A DNA stretch of 61,911 nt, counting the filler, from Nitrospirae bacterium MYbin3 (lineage in GTDB: Bacteria > Nitrospirota > Thermodesulfovibrionia > Thermodesulfovibrionales > Dissulfurispiraceae), in NCBI GenBank assembly GCA_002753335.1. It is 5 parts of 5 records of this genome, joined end to end, with 100 filler letters (N's around TTAATTAATTAA, not from the genome) between each part and the next. Parts side by side here need not be neighbours in the genome. Positions count along the whole stretch, not along the records: positions 1 to 13,915 come from PEAD01000041.1; 4 more parts are not named here. One strand, written 5' to 3'. Both the position numbers and the translations under genes were made by a program. The notes beneath the pieces are model-generated. The model was not told where the DNA came from and did not search any database. It saw only the letters and a program-made list of their open reading frames with translations. This document shows positions 1 through 8,843 of the stretch, piece after piece; positions within the stretch are counted from its first letter, which is position 1, and each line of letters opens with the position of its first letter.

Positions 1-1614
1 CAAATATGTCGAAAGGGCAAAAAAAGAATACAATGTGCGCTACCAGCGGGCGATGATTTCGGCTGTGCACAGGATACGCAGGAAGTTCTTAAAGAGACGA
101 TAAAAGAGAAGGGACTCAACAGGGTTGTTGTTGCATCCTGCACACCGAGAACACACGAGCCGCTGTTTCAGGAAACTATCAGGGATTCCGGTCTTAATAA
201 GTATATGTTCGACCTTGCTGACATTCGCGAGCAATGCTCGTGGTGCCACATGGGCAAGAAAGAAGAGGCTACCAAGAAGGCCAAACAGATTTTAAGAATG
301 TCGGTGGCCAAGGCCAACCTTCTTCAGCCTTTGCAGACAGAGACTGTCGGCGTTACTCCGGCCTGCATGATAATCGGCGGCGGAGTTGCGGGTATGACTT
401 CGGCGCTGTCTCTTGCGGAGCAGGGTTTTGATGTTTTTATTATAGAAAAAGAAAAAACGCTCGGCGGCATAGCGCAAAATCTGACAAGAACGCTGGAAGG
501 CTACGATGTAAAGGAGTTCCTGAAGGGACTTATACAAAAAACCGAAAGCAGTTCACGCATAAAGATGTTCACCAATGCAGAGGTCAAGGTTACGGAAGGG
601 TTTGTAGGAAACTTCAAGACAACGCTTACTGATGGCTCTGTCATAGAGCACGGAGCAATAATTCTTGCTACAGGAGGCATCGAATACGAACCCACAGAAT
701 ATCTGTACGGTAAGAATGAAAAGGTCATAACCCAGCGCGGGCTTGAGAAACTTATAGCCGAGGATGCAGCGGCTGTAAAGGCCGGCTCTTTTGTAATGAT
801 ACAATGCGTCGGCTCCCGCGAAGATCCAAACCAGTACTGCTCAAGAGTCTGCTGTCAGGATGCGGTCAAAAACGCGATCGCGCTGAAAGAGAAAAATCCT
901 GCATCTCAAGTGGTCATTATCTACCGGGATATCAGGACTTACGGGCTTCGTGAGGACTATTACAGAAAAGCGAGAGACCTTGGTGTTGTTTTCGTAAGAT
1001 ACGATGTGGATAGAAAGCCATCTGTTCAGGAACTAAACGGAAAGCTTTTGATTAAGACATGGGACTATATGCTCAACAGCGAGCTTGAATTTGAAGCGGA
1101 CAGGCTGGTTCTTTCTGTAGGGCTTAGGCCTCACCCAACAACAGATCAGGTTGGAGAGTTGTACAAGGCTACAAGAAATCCTGACGGATATTTCCTTGAA
1201 GCGCATGTAAAGCTGCGTCCGGTAGATTTTCCGGGGGAAGGAATTTTTGTATGCGGGCTTGCGCATGCTCCGAAAAACCTTGATGAAACTATCACGCAGT
1301 CTCTGGCTGCAGCGGGCCGTGCCGGTGTTGTTCTCTCTCATGAGAGGCTTGCTGTTTCTGGCATCGTCGCAAAGCATAGAAAAGAGCGCTGCATGTCATG
1401 CCTGAGCTGTCTTAGAGTCTGCCCGTTCGGCTCTCCATATATCAGTGAAGACGGCACGATTGCTCATAACGAGGTAAAGTGCCATGGATGCGGCATCTGC
1501 GCAGGTATATGTCCGGCCAAGGCGTTTCAGGTCAACAGTTTCAGGGACGAGCAGATACTTGCGATGATAGATGCCGCAGCGGTTTCGGAAGAACCGGGGC
1601 TGATAGGCGCATAG
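1..1614 (+). CDS. hdrA: Heterodisulfide reductase subunit A-like flavoprotein (HdrA/HdrL type), 5'-partial, with an apparent deletion/frame junction near 62-67
   Basis: Frame 1 is open from the window start. It has CAQDTQ..NRVVVASCTPRTHEPLF, IREQCSWCH, GGGVAG (FAD), IQCVGSR..YCSRVCC, FLEAHVKLRP and two C-terminal 4Fe-4S motifs. Confidence 0.92.
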   Translation, partial: QICRKGKKRIQCALPAGDDFGCAQDTQEVLKETIKEKGLNRVVVASCTPRTHEPLFQETIRDSGLNKYMFDLADIREQCSWCHMGKKEEATKKAKQILRMSVAKANLLQPLQTETVGVTPACMIIGGGVAGMTSALSLAEQGFDVFIIEKEKTLGGIAQNLTRTLEGYDVKEFLKGLIQKTESSSRIKMFTNAEVKVTEGFVGNFKTTLTDGSVIEHGAIILATGGIEYEPTEYLYGKNEKVITQRGLEKLIAEDAAAVKAGSFVMIQCVGSREDPNQYCSRVCCQDAVKNAIALKEKNPASQVVIIYRDIRTYGLREDYYRKARDLGVVFVRYDVDRKPSVQELNGKLLIKTWDYMLNSELEFEADRLVLSVGLRPHPTTDQVGELYKATRNPDGYFLEAHVKLRPVDFPGEGIFVCGLAHAPKNLDETITQSLAAAGRAGVVLSHERLAVSGIVAKHRKERCMSCLSCLRVCPFGSPYISEDGTIAHNEVKCHGCGICAGICPAKAFQVNSFRDEQILAMIDAAAVSEEPGLIGA

Positions 1615-1639
1615 AATTAAAGTTTTTTCAGGAGGGAAA

Positions 1640-2119
1640 ATGTCAGGACAAACGGATACGGCGGGGCAGGAACCTGTATCCTCAATAGAGAAGAAGCAGG
1701 AGGTTCCTGAAGGCTGGGAGCCTAATATACTGGCCTTTGCATGCCATTACTGCGCTTTTGCAGCGGCGGACCTTGCAGGAGTTATGAGGCTTTCTTATCC
1801 TTCAAATGTAAAGGTTATAAGACTTCCCTGCACAGGAAAGCTTGACCATATTCATATACTCAGGGCTTTTGAAAAAGGGGTGGACGGCGTTTTTGCCGCA
1901 GGCTGACTTAAAGGCCAGTGTCATTACCTGGAAGGTAATGCTTACGCGGCTCTGAGAATAAAATATATTAAAACGCTTTTATCAAAGGTGGGCATTGATC
2001 CGTCGCGCATAGAAATGTACAACCTGTCCGCGGCGATGGGGCCCAAGTGGGCAGAGATATGCGAGACCTTCACAGCAAGGATACGCGGGCTAGGGCCTTC
2101 TCCGGTAAACCGCAGATAA
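1640..2119 (+). CDS. mvhD: MvhD-type [2Fe-2S] hydrogenase delta subunit, predicted selenoprotein (UGA at 1904-1906), 159 aa
   Basis: The track ORF stops at AAG-TGA, but the frame continues LKGQCHYLEGN...DPSRIEMYNLSAAMGPKWAE...LGPSPVNRR to TAA 2117-2119. The TGA sits at the conserved Cys of G-C-xxGxCHY. FACHYC and RLPCTGK motifs are present. Confidence 0.92.
1922..1940 (+). promoter_or_regulatory. Putative bacterial SECIS hairpin
   Basis: CATTACCT-GGA-AGGTAATG forms a perfect 8-bp stem. The first loop G is 24 nt downstream of the in-frame UGA. Confidence 0.75.
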
Positions 2120-2144
2120 GTTTAATATAAGGAGCGGATAAAAC

Positions 2145-2834
2145 ATGATAGTCGGCGAACAAAAGAAAATCGAAGAGATCTGGGAAATGATTCAGGGTTT
2201 TAAAAAGATTCTTGTTTTCGGATGCAACACCTGCATAGCGGTGTGCCATGCGGGCGGAGGCAAGGAGGCAGAGATACTCGCTTCTTTGCTGAGGATGAAG
2301 GCAAAGCAGGAGGGGCTTGATCTGGAGATAAAAGATCTGGCGGTGCAGAGGCATTGCGAGCCCGAATATTTTGAGCCTGTGATGGAGGATGTCCGTAAGT
2401 ACGACCTCGTGCTTTCTCTTGCATGCGGAGTCGGCGTGAATTTTCTCTCAGAGAGGATCGGTAATATACCGGTTTATCCTGGAATCAATACAGAATTTTT
2501 CGGCGGCGTGCCGCAGCCCGGATTTTTTGTGGAGCTTTGCGCAGGGTGCGGCGATTGTGTGCTGCATCTGACCGGCGGTATCTGCCCTGTGGTCAGGTGT
2601 TCAAAATCTCTGATGAACGGGCCTTGCGGAGGCACCAATAAAGGCAAGTGTGAAATAAGCCCTGACGTTGACTGCGCCTGGTTTTTGATAGTCGAGAGAA
2701 TGAAACAGCTCGGAACTCTAGAAAAATTATTTCAGGTCCAGCCTCCTCGCAACTGGGCGGGCGGAACGCACGGCGGACCGCGCAGGGTTGTTGTGGAGCA
2801 TGTCAGGACCTTGGAAGAACAGGAAAGTAAATAA
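2145..2834 (+). CDS. metV: Methylenetetrahydrofolate reductase small subunit MetV
   Basis: GCNTC...C...GG, LACGVGV and CAGCGDC....TGGICPVVRCSKSLMNGPCGG...CE......CAW motifs. Lies directly upstream of metF. Confidence 0.9.
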   Translation: MIVGEQKKIEEIWEMIQGFKKILVFGCNTCIAVCHAGGGKEAEILASLLRMKAKQEGLDLEIKDLAVQRHCEPEYFEPVMEDVRKYDLVLSLACGVGVNFLSERIGNIPVYPGINTEFFGGVPQPGFFVELCAGCGDCVLHLTGGICPVVRCSKSLMNGPCGGTNKGKCEISPDVDCAWFLIVERMKQLGTLEKLFQVQPPRNWAGGTHGGPRRVVVEHVRTLEEQESK

Positions 2835-2855
2835 GATGCGGCTGGAGGATATAAG

Positions 2856-3833
2856 ATGAAGAGCGGAAGCAATCTTGAAAAAGTAATCGCGAGCGGAAAC
2901 CCGGCAGTTACTGCAGAGCTCGGACCGCCGATGAGCGCTGATGCGCATGAAGTAATTAAGAAGGCAAACCAGCTTAAAGGCTTTTGCGATGCCGCTAATA
3001 TTACGGACTGTCAAACGGCTGTTGTAAGAATATCGAGCATAGCAGCGGCTTACATCGCTTTGAAAGAGGGTCTCGAGCCTGTCATGCAGATGACCTGCCG
3101 CGACCGCAACAGAATCGCTATGCAGGCGGACTTTCTCGGTGCGGCCGCGCTGGGACTGAAAAACTGTTTGTGTATTGCCGGAGACCATCAATCTTTCAGC
3201 GCAGCAGGCAGACTAAAGGGCCATCCGGGCGCTAAGAATGTTTATGATGTTGACACCTGTCAGCTTGTAGGGATAATGAAAAAGATGCGGGATGAGGGCC
3301 TTCAGCAGGGCGGTGACAAGCTTGAGGTTGCACCGAAGTTTTTTATCGGGGCTTCATGGACGCCGATGGGCGATCCAATAGACTTCAGACCGTATAATTT
3401 AAAAAAGAAAGTTGATGCAGGCGCCGATTTTATACAGACGCAGGGCATTTATGATATGGAACTTTTCAAGGTGCAGATGGAAAAGGCGCGTAATTTAGGG
3501 CTGCATGAGCGCACAGCCATGCTTGCCGGAATTATCGTGCCTAAGAGCGCTATGATGCTCAAGTACATGGATTCATCGGTTGCAGGAGTTACTGTCCCTA
3601 AAGAGCTTATCAACAGGATGCTTAAGGCAAAGGATGCTGCAGGCGACGACAAGAAAAAAGCGAAGGAGCTTCAGGAGCAGGAAGGCATGAAGATAACTGT
3701 TGAGCTAGTTAAGCAGGCATTGGATATTCCGGGTGTGAAGGGTGTGCATATTCAGGCCATCGAATGGGAGTCTGCGATCGAACATATAGTGAAAGCTGCA
3801 GGTCTTTATCCGAGGCCTGTTTTTTCGGAATAG
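2856..3833 (+). CDS. metF: 5,10-methylenetetrahydrofolate reductase MetF
   Basis: VTAELGPP, NITD, QMTCRDRNRIAMQ, AGDH and KKKVDAGADFIQTQ motifs. Confidence 0.93.
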   Translation: MKSGSNLEKVIASGNPAVTAELGPPMSADAHEVIKKANQLKGFCDAANITDCQTAVVRISSIAAAYIALKEGLEPVMQMTCRDRNRIAMQADFLGAAALGLKNCLCIAGDHQSFSAAGRLKGHPGAKNVYDVDTCQLVGIMKKMRDEGLQQGGDKLEVAPKFFIGASWTPMGDPIDFRPYNLKKKVDAGADFIQTQGIYDMELFKVQMEKARNLGLHERTAMLAGIIVPKSAMMLKYMDSSVAGVTVPKELINRMLKAKDAAGDDKKKAKELQEQEGMKITVELVKQALDIPGVKGVHIQAIEWESAIEHIVKAAGLYPRPVFSE

Positions 3834-3936
3834 CAGAAATAGTTAAAAAAACAGGATTGTTAATGTATAATATGCTTTGAACCGGTTTCCGGGTCAAAGC
3901 ATATTTTTTGTTTCAAAAACAGTTTTAGGAGGACGG

Positions 3937-5142
3937 ATGCCATCGCAGTTTAAATGGAATGGAAAGACGGCGCGGGGAGAGCAGAAATCCGGTGAGATAA
4001 CGGCCGAAAACAAGGATATGGCCATATCAAATCTTAAGCGTCAGGGCATTACCGTTTCTGATATAACTGAGAAGAAGGCTCCGCCTAAAAAGAAAAAGGG
4101 CAAGGTTATTGAAAAAGATGTTGTTGTATTCACAAGGCAGTTTTCTACGATGTTTTCGGCAGGTATACCGATTGTGCAGGGACTTGACATAATGGCAAAA
4201 CAGACAGAGAACCCTGCCCTCGGTGAGGTGATAGGAGCTATAAAGGGTGATGTTGAGGCTGGCTCGACACTTGCCGATTCTATGAAGAAGCATCCCAAGG
4301 TTTTTGATGATCTGTTTGTAAACCTTGTTGCAGCAGGAGAGGCGGGCGGTATCCTTGACGGGGTTCTGCTCAGGCTTGCGAACTATATAGAGAAATCGAT
4401 GAAATTGAAAAAGAAGGTCAAAGGTGCGATGATATACCCTGCTATTGTTATGGGTATTGCTTTTTTAGTTATTGCTGTTATCATGGTTTTTGTTGTTCCT
4501 GTTTTTTCGAAGATATTCGGTGAAATGGGCATACCTCTGCCAGCGCCTACAAAGCTTATAATTAACTTTAGTAATTTTGTTGCGGGAATAGGTGGATTGA
4601 TGATTGTTGGTGGAATAGTAGGTGTTATTATGGCATTTACGAGATATCGTGCTACGCCCGGTGGCCGGAAGACTACGGATAGGATTGCGCTTAAGCTGCC
4701 TGTGTTCGGCGACCTCCTAAGAAAGGTTGCTGTTGCAAGGTTTACAAGAACTCTCGGAACACTTATAAGCAGCGGTGTTCCTATTCTTGATGCATTGGAA
4801 ATATGTGCAAAAACAGCCGGCAACAAGATAATAGAAGAGTCGGTATTTACGATTAAGACGGATGTTTCTTCAGGAAAAACCCTTTCGGAACCGCTCTCCC
4901 AGTCTCCTGATATATGGCCGCCTATGTCGGTTCAGATGATAGGTGTAGGCGAGCAGACAGGCGCCCTTGATGCTATGCTTGTCAAAATAGCCGACTTCTA
5001 CGATGATGAAGTGGATGATGCGGTAAACAATCTTACAACACTGCTTGAGCCGGCGATGATGGTTTTTTTAGGTACTACTGTTGGTTTTGTTGTTGTTGCC
5101 CTTTATATGCCGATATTCAAAATGGGTGAACTTGCAAAATAG
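3937..5142 (+). CDS. pilC: Type IV pilus platform protein PilC (T2SS F family)
   Basis: FTRQFSTM..AGIP, GEAGGILD, AMIYP, GEQTGALD and LLEP motifs. The ATG at 3937 follows AGGAGG and is preferred over the track start at 3877. Confidence 0.93.
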   Translation: MPSQFKWNGKTARGEQKSGEITAENKDMAISNLKRQGITVSDITEKKAPPKKKKGKVIEKDVVVFTRQFSTMFSAGIPIVQGLDIMAKQTENPALGEVIGAIKGDVEAGSTLADSMKKHPKVFDDLFVNLVAAGEAGGILDGVLLRLANYIEKSMKLKKKVKGAMIYPAIVMGIAFLVIAVIMVFVVPVFSKIFGEMGIPLPAPTKLIINFSNFVAGIGGLMIVGGIVGVIMAFTRYRATPGGRKTTDRIALKLPVFGDLLRKVAVARFTRTLGTLISSGVPILDALEICAKTAGNKIIEESVFTIKTDVSSGKTLSEPLSQSPDIWPPMSVQMIGVGEQTGALDAMLVKIADFYDDEVDDAVNNLTTLLEPAMMVFLGTTVGFVVVALYMPIFKMGELAK

Positions 5143-5153
5143 TTTTATTGATA

Positions 5154-5177
5154 AGGGGGAAGCATCGGCTTCCTCCT
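5154..5177. terminator. Hairpin between convergent pilC and pilR (probable bidirectional terminator)
   Basis: AGGGGGAAGC-ATCG-GCTTCCTCCT followed by CTTTATTT. Confidence 0.6.
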
Positions 5178-5179
5178 CT

Positions 5180-6511
5180 TTATTTCTTTCCATGTTTTGA
5201 AAGTCTGTATCTGAATTCTCTGAATGATAAGCCGAGCAGTTCCGCAGCCTTAGTCTTGACGCCATTAGATTTTTGAAGTGCTTGTGCAAATAACTCCTGC
5301 TCTATTTTTGAAATGTATTCATTTATGTTGAGACCACTGTCAGGGATTTTTTGCATAGAGGATTCTGCTTTGTGAGGAGGAGAGTAGTGTGTAAGCCTGA
5401 GATACCCGTCTTCTGATAAAATAATTTCTCTCTCTATGAGGTTGCGCAATTCTCTTACATTGCCTTTCAGATTTTGGTTTGTAAGGAAGTCTATGAAGTC
5501 AGGGTCTATTTTTTTTATCGTTTTCTGGAATTTTCTGCCCAGCACTTTTACGAAATGTTCAACAAGCAGCGGAATGTCTTCTTTCCTCTCATCAAGCGAC
5601 GGCAGACTTATCTCGAATGTCGAGAGCCTGAAATAAAGATCGCCTCTAAAAATATTTTCATCTCTGAGGTCTTTGTTTGAGGCGGTTATTATCCTTACAT
5701 CAACTTCGATTTCGCTGTTGCTGCCTAATGGGCGGACCTTTTTGTCCTCCAGAAAACGGAGCAGTTTTGCCTGCAGAGAAAGCGGCATTTCTCCGATTTC
5801 ATCAAGGAATAAAGTTCCTCCGTTGGCTTCATCTATCAAGCCTCGCTTTGATGTATAGGCTCCTGTGAAGGATCCTTTTGTATAGCCGAAAAGCTCGCTT
5901 TCGAGCAGCTCGGCAGGCAGGCTTGCGCAGTTTATTGTCACAAAAGGCTGCTCTGCGCGGGGACTCCTTTTGTGGATAGCGTTTGAAACAAGCTCTTTCC
6001 CTGTGCCGCTTTTTCCGAATATAACCACGCTTGTGTCGAAGGGCGCGATCTTTTCGATAAGCATGAATACTTTTTTCATGGCATCAGACTTGCCTACAAT
6101 GCCTTCGAAGTTGTCGGCATAAGGTTCAAGGAGGCGGATTTTTTGATGAAGTAATATTGTCTCATGAATGTTTTTTAGGACCACCCTGATTTCATCAATG
6201 TTAAAAGGTTTAATTACATAGTCATAGGCTCCGGCCTTCATAGCCTCGATCGCTGTTTCTGTTGAGGCAAAGGCGGTAATAACCAGCACTTTTGTTTCGG
6301 GATTGGATGCTTTTATCTCTTTCAGCGCTTCAAGTCCCGACCCGTCCGGCAGCCTCATGTCCATAAATGCAAGATCGAAGAAGTGGTTGCCTATAAGCTC
6401 TCGCGATTCCTGAAGATTGGCGGCTTCATGTGATTTAAAACCGGATTCATCCAGAAGCGTTTTTAGCACTTTTCTTATGTTTGGTTCGTCGTCAACTATC
6501 AGGGCTCTCAT
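5180..6511 (-). CDS. pilR: Sigma54-dependent response regulator, PilR-like
   Basis: Receiver domain, GKSGTGKE, ESELFG..KGSFTGA (GAFTGA variant) and C-terminal Fis HTH. Sits in the pilC/pilS/pilA context. Confidence 0.88.
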   Translation of the reverse strand: MRALIVDDEPNIRKVLKTLLDESGFKSHEAANLQESRELIGNHFFDLAFMDMRLPDGSGLEALKEIKASNPETKVLVITAFASTETAIEAMKAGAYDYVIKPFNIDEIRVVLKNIHETILLHQKIRLLEPYADNFEGIVGKSDAMKKVFMLIEKIAPFDTSVVIFGKSGTGKELVSNAIHKRSPRAEQPFVTINCASLPAELLESELFGYTKGSFTGAYTSKRGLIDEANGGTLFLDEIGEMPLSLQAKLLRFLEDKKVRPLGSNSEIEVDVRIITASNKDLRDENIFRGDLYFRLSTFEISLPSLDERKEDIPLLVEHFVKVLGRKFQKTIKKIDPDFIDFLTNQNLKGNVRELRNLIEREIILSEDGYLRLTHYSPPHKAESSMQKIPDSGLNINEYISKIEQELFAQALQKSNGVKTKAAELLGLSFREFRYRLSKHGKK

Positions 6512-6525
6512 TATTTACTCCAGTT

Positions 6526-7764
6526 TTATGAGTTTCCCATACTCGGATTTTTTGGGAATATTACCGTAAATTTTAGTCCACCCATCAGGGATTTTTCGAC
6601 TATTATTCTACCTCCTAAACTATTTACTATTCGATAGGATATTGCAAGGCCAAGGCCTGTACCGTAGTTCTTTGTGGTAAAAAAGGGCTCGAATATTTTG
6701 TCTTTCATATCATCGTCAATACCCGGTCCATCGTCCTCAATTTCTGCGGTTATCCATATGTCTGCAGGATTGCTGAAACGGTCCGCATAGAGGTCTCTTA
6801 AGGCATCCAATAAGTCCGAATGCTCGGCTGTTTTAAGCGCAACCCTGATTTTTGACTCTGAGGCTTCGAAGGCATTTTTTATGATATTGTTGAGCGCTGC
6901 TTCTATGAATGTTCTGCTTGCTGTTATTTCTATACCGTCTTCTATCTCTAAAGCAACCTCCTTATTTGCATTAGGCCTGCTTTTCGCAAGCGATTTCAAT
7001 AGATCGGTAAGGTTTACTTTTTCTTTTGGCGCGTCGGAAGGCCTTGAAAAGAGAAGAAAGTCGGTTACGAGGTTTTTAATCCGTTTTGTTTCTGTATCGA
7101 GCATCTCTATATAGTCGGCTTGAGGTTTGCCCTCTTTTAAAAATTGAATGGCGGCAGAGACCGAAGCGAGAGGGTTTCTAAGTTCATGGGCCAAATCCGC
7201 GCTCACACGATAAAGCCTCTCATATCCCTGCATTCTTATTTTTTCTTCTTCAAGAAGCCTTATATAGCGCTCCTGTTTTTCCATTCTTTCTTTGAGGTTG
7301 TCTCCGGCAAAGGCTATAGACGAGAATGAAAGCAGGTGCAGAGACAGGTTAAGCAGGCTTTCTCTGTCAACCGCAGCAGAGCTGATAATATAGACGATAG
7401 TGTATAGGATAGCAGCAAAAAGCGGAAAAATATAAATGCGCTTTGTCTTAATGAGTATTGATGAAAAAAATATAGGGAAGAGATAAAGCATCGAAAGATA
7501 GGTGTATTGCCCGAAGCTTAGGTAAACAATAGAAGATATAAAAACGATGTCAAGAAGAAAGTCGAAGTAACTGGTTTTTTCGGCCGAAGTCATGAAACGC
7601 AAAAATGCTATAAGCGTGTAAAGTCCGAGTGCATACATGAACAAGGGCATGCCTGCCGCAAGTCCCGCTACCTGAAATGCTAGGAACAAGGCTAATGCGA
7701 AAAGGAATCGTCCGAGCCTGTAGTAGTTAAATAGATATGACAGATACATGTGTAAATTTCTCAT
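6526..7764 (-). CDS. pilS: Membrane sensor histidine kinase, PilS-like (start may be the ATG at 7749)
   Basis: About six N-terminal TM segments, AHELRNPL H-box and N/G1/F/G2 boxes (DDGPG, FEPFFTTK, GTGLGL). Confidence 0.85.
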   Translation of the reverse strand: MRNLHMYLSYLFNYYRLGRFLFALALFLAFQVAGLAAGMPLFMYALGLYTLIAFLRFMTSAEKTSYFDFLLDIVFISSIVYLSFGQYTYLSMLYLFPIFFSSILIKTKRIYIFPLFAAILYTIVYIISSAAVDRESLLNLSLHLLSFSSIAFAGDNLKERMEKQERYIRLLEEEKIRMQGYERLYRVSADLAHELRNPLASVSAAIQFLKEGKPQADYIEMLDTETKRIKNLVTDFLLFSRPSDAPKEKVNLTDLLKSLAKSRPNANKEVALEIEDGIEITASRTFIEAALNNIIKNAFEASESKIRVALKTAEHSDLLDALRDLYADRFSNPADIWITAEIEDDGPGIDDDMKDKIFEPFFTTKNYGTGLGLAISYRIVNSLGGRIIVEKSLMGGLKFTVIFPKNPSMGNS

Positions 7765-7812
7765 ACACTGACAAAAAATGTCAATATAATTGACATTTTT
7801 TGTCAGTGTATG
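7762..7812. promoter_or_regulatory. Perfect 24-bp inverted repeat holding two TGACA-N5-TGTCA palindromes; candidate PilR enhancer
   Basis: CATACACTGACAAAAAATGTCAAT-ATA-ATTGACATTTTTTGTCAGTGTATG, 65-115 bp upstream of the sigma54 site. Confidence 0.65.
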
Positions 7813-7876
7813 GTGAGGCTATAGCGTGTATGAAAAAAACATGCTGTTTCTATGGATAAAATTCAGCTTAAATTTT

Positions 7877-7892
7877 TGGCATAGAAGATGCT
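7877..7892 (+). promoter_or_regulatory. Sigma54 (-24/-12) promoter of the pilin cluster
   Basis: TGGCATAGAAGATGCT has exact GG-N10-GC spacing. It lies upstream of pilA and next to pilSR. Confidence 0.75.
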
Positions 7893-7958
7893 ATAATTAT
7901 TGTCGGTTAAGTATTCTGCCTTTGGCAGAAATAAATAATTTTTTGGAGGTCTAAAGAG

Positions 7959-8300
7959 ATGTTAAAGGCAATCCACACAAAAAGGAATCAGAAGGGCTTC
8001 ACATTGGTCGAGTTGCTGATCGTTGTTGCGATTATCGCGATCCTCGCAGCAATAGCAATTCCGCAGTACGCAAACTACACAAAGAATGCAAAGAACTCAA
8101 AATGCACCAATGACTCATCAAGCGCATGCAGCGTGGCAGCAGCTCAGTATGCAAATGATGGCAACGCTCACACAGCGACAGCCGGTTCACAGTCTTGTGC
8201 GATTGATACAAATGGCGCAATGACCATTACAAACGGCACAGGATGCTCAGGTTGTTCAATAGCCACAACAGGTCTCGTATCAGGCTGCACAGGATCATAG
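7959..8300 (+). CDS. pilA: Type IVa pilin, copy 1
   Basis: [24 protein letters not shown] prepilin motif, GGAGG RBS, 100-aa mature chain with 6 Cys. Confidence 0.93.
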   Translation: MLKAIHTKRNQKGFTLVELLIVVAIIAILAAIAIPQYANYTKNAKNSKCTNDSSSACSVAAAQYANDGNAHTATAGSQSCAIDTNGAMTITNGTGCSGCSIATTGLVSGCTGS

Positions 8301-8312
8301 TATAAGTTTTTA

Positions 8313-8351
8313 TTTGGGAGGATGGGAATTCTCATCCTCCCAAAATTTTTT
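8313..8351 (+). terminator. Rho-independent terminator after pilin copy 1
   Basis: TTTGGGAGGATG...CATCCTCCCAAA 12-bp stem followed by ATTTTTT. A degenerate copy follows pilin 2. Confidence 0.7.
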
Positions 8352-8421
8352 AAGAAGGCAGAAAGCAAGATTAGTTATATTCAAAAATAAGTTTGATATT
8401 AGCGATTGGTGAGGTGAAGCG

Positions 8422-8757
8422 ATGTTGAAAGCAATTCATAGCAATAAGAAGGGTTTCACACTGGTCGAATTGCTGATAGTCGTTGCTATTATCTCGATCC
8501 TGGCATCAATAGCAATTCCGCAGTACGCAAACTACACAAAGAATGCAAAGAACGCAAAATGTTCCAATGATTCAGCAAGCGCATGCAGCGTGGCAGCAGC
8601 TCAATATGCAAATGATGGAGAAGCTCATGCTGGGACAGCCGGTTCACAGTCTTGTGCGATTGATACAAATGGCGCAATGACCATTACAAACGGCACAGGA
8701 TGCTCAGGTTGTTCAATAGCCACAACAGGTCTCGTATCAGGCTGCACAGGATCATAG
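8422..8757 (+). CDS. pilA: Type IVa pilin, copy 2
   Basis: [15 protein letters not shown] motif and GAGGTG RBS. 8634-8768 is identical to 8177-8311. Confidence 0.92.
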   Translation: MLKAIHSNKKGFTLVELLIVVAIISILASIAIPQYANYTKNAKNAKCSNDSASACSVAAAQYANDGEAHAGTAGSQSCAIDTNGAMTITNGTGCSGCSIATTGLVSGCTGS

Positions 8758-8843
8758 TATAAGTTTTTGTTTGGGAGGATTGGGATTCTCATTCCTCTTA
8801 ACCTTAATGCGGCTTATCACATTTGACGGCAGGAGAAAAAAGT

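Noticed and set aside
3857..3876. dif-like site TAATGTATAATATG
   Set aside because: The XerC/XerD arms do not match; better explained as a -10 box upstream of pilC.
7959..8757. Short pilins as conductive e-pili
   Set aside because: Only F1, Y24, Y27, Y51 and H58 are aromatic (about 5%), and the last 40 or so residues have none.
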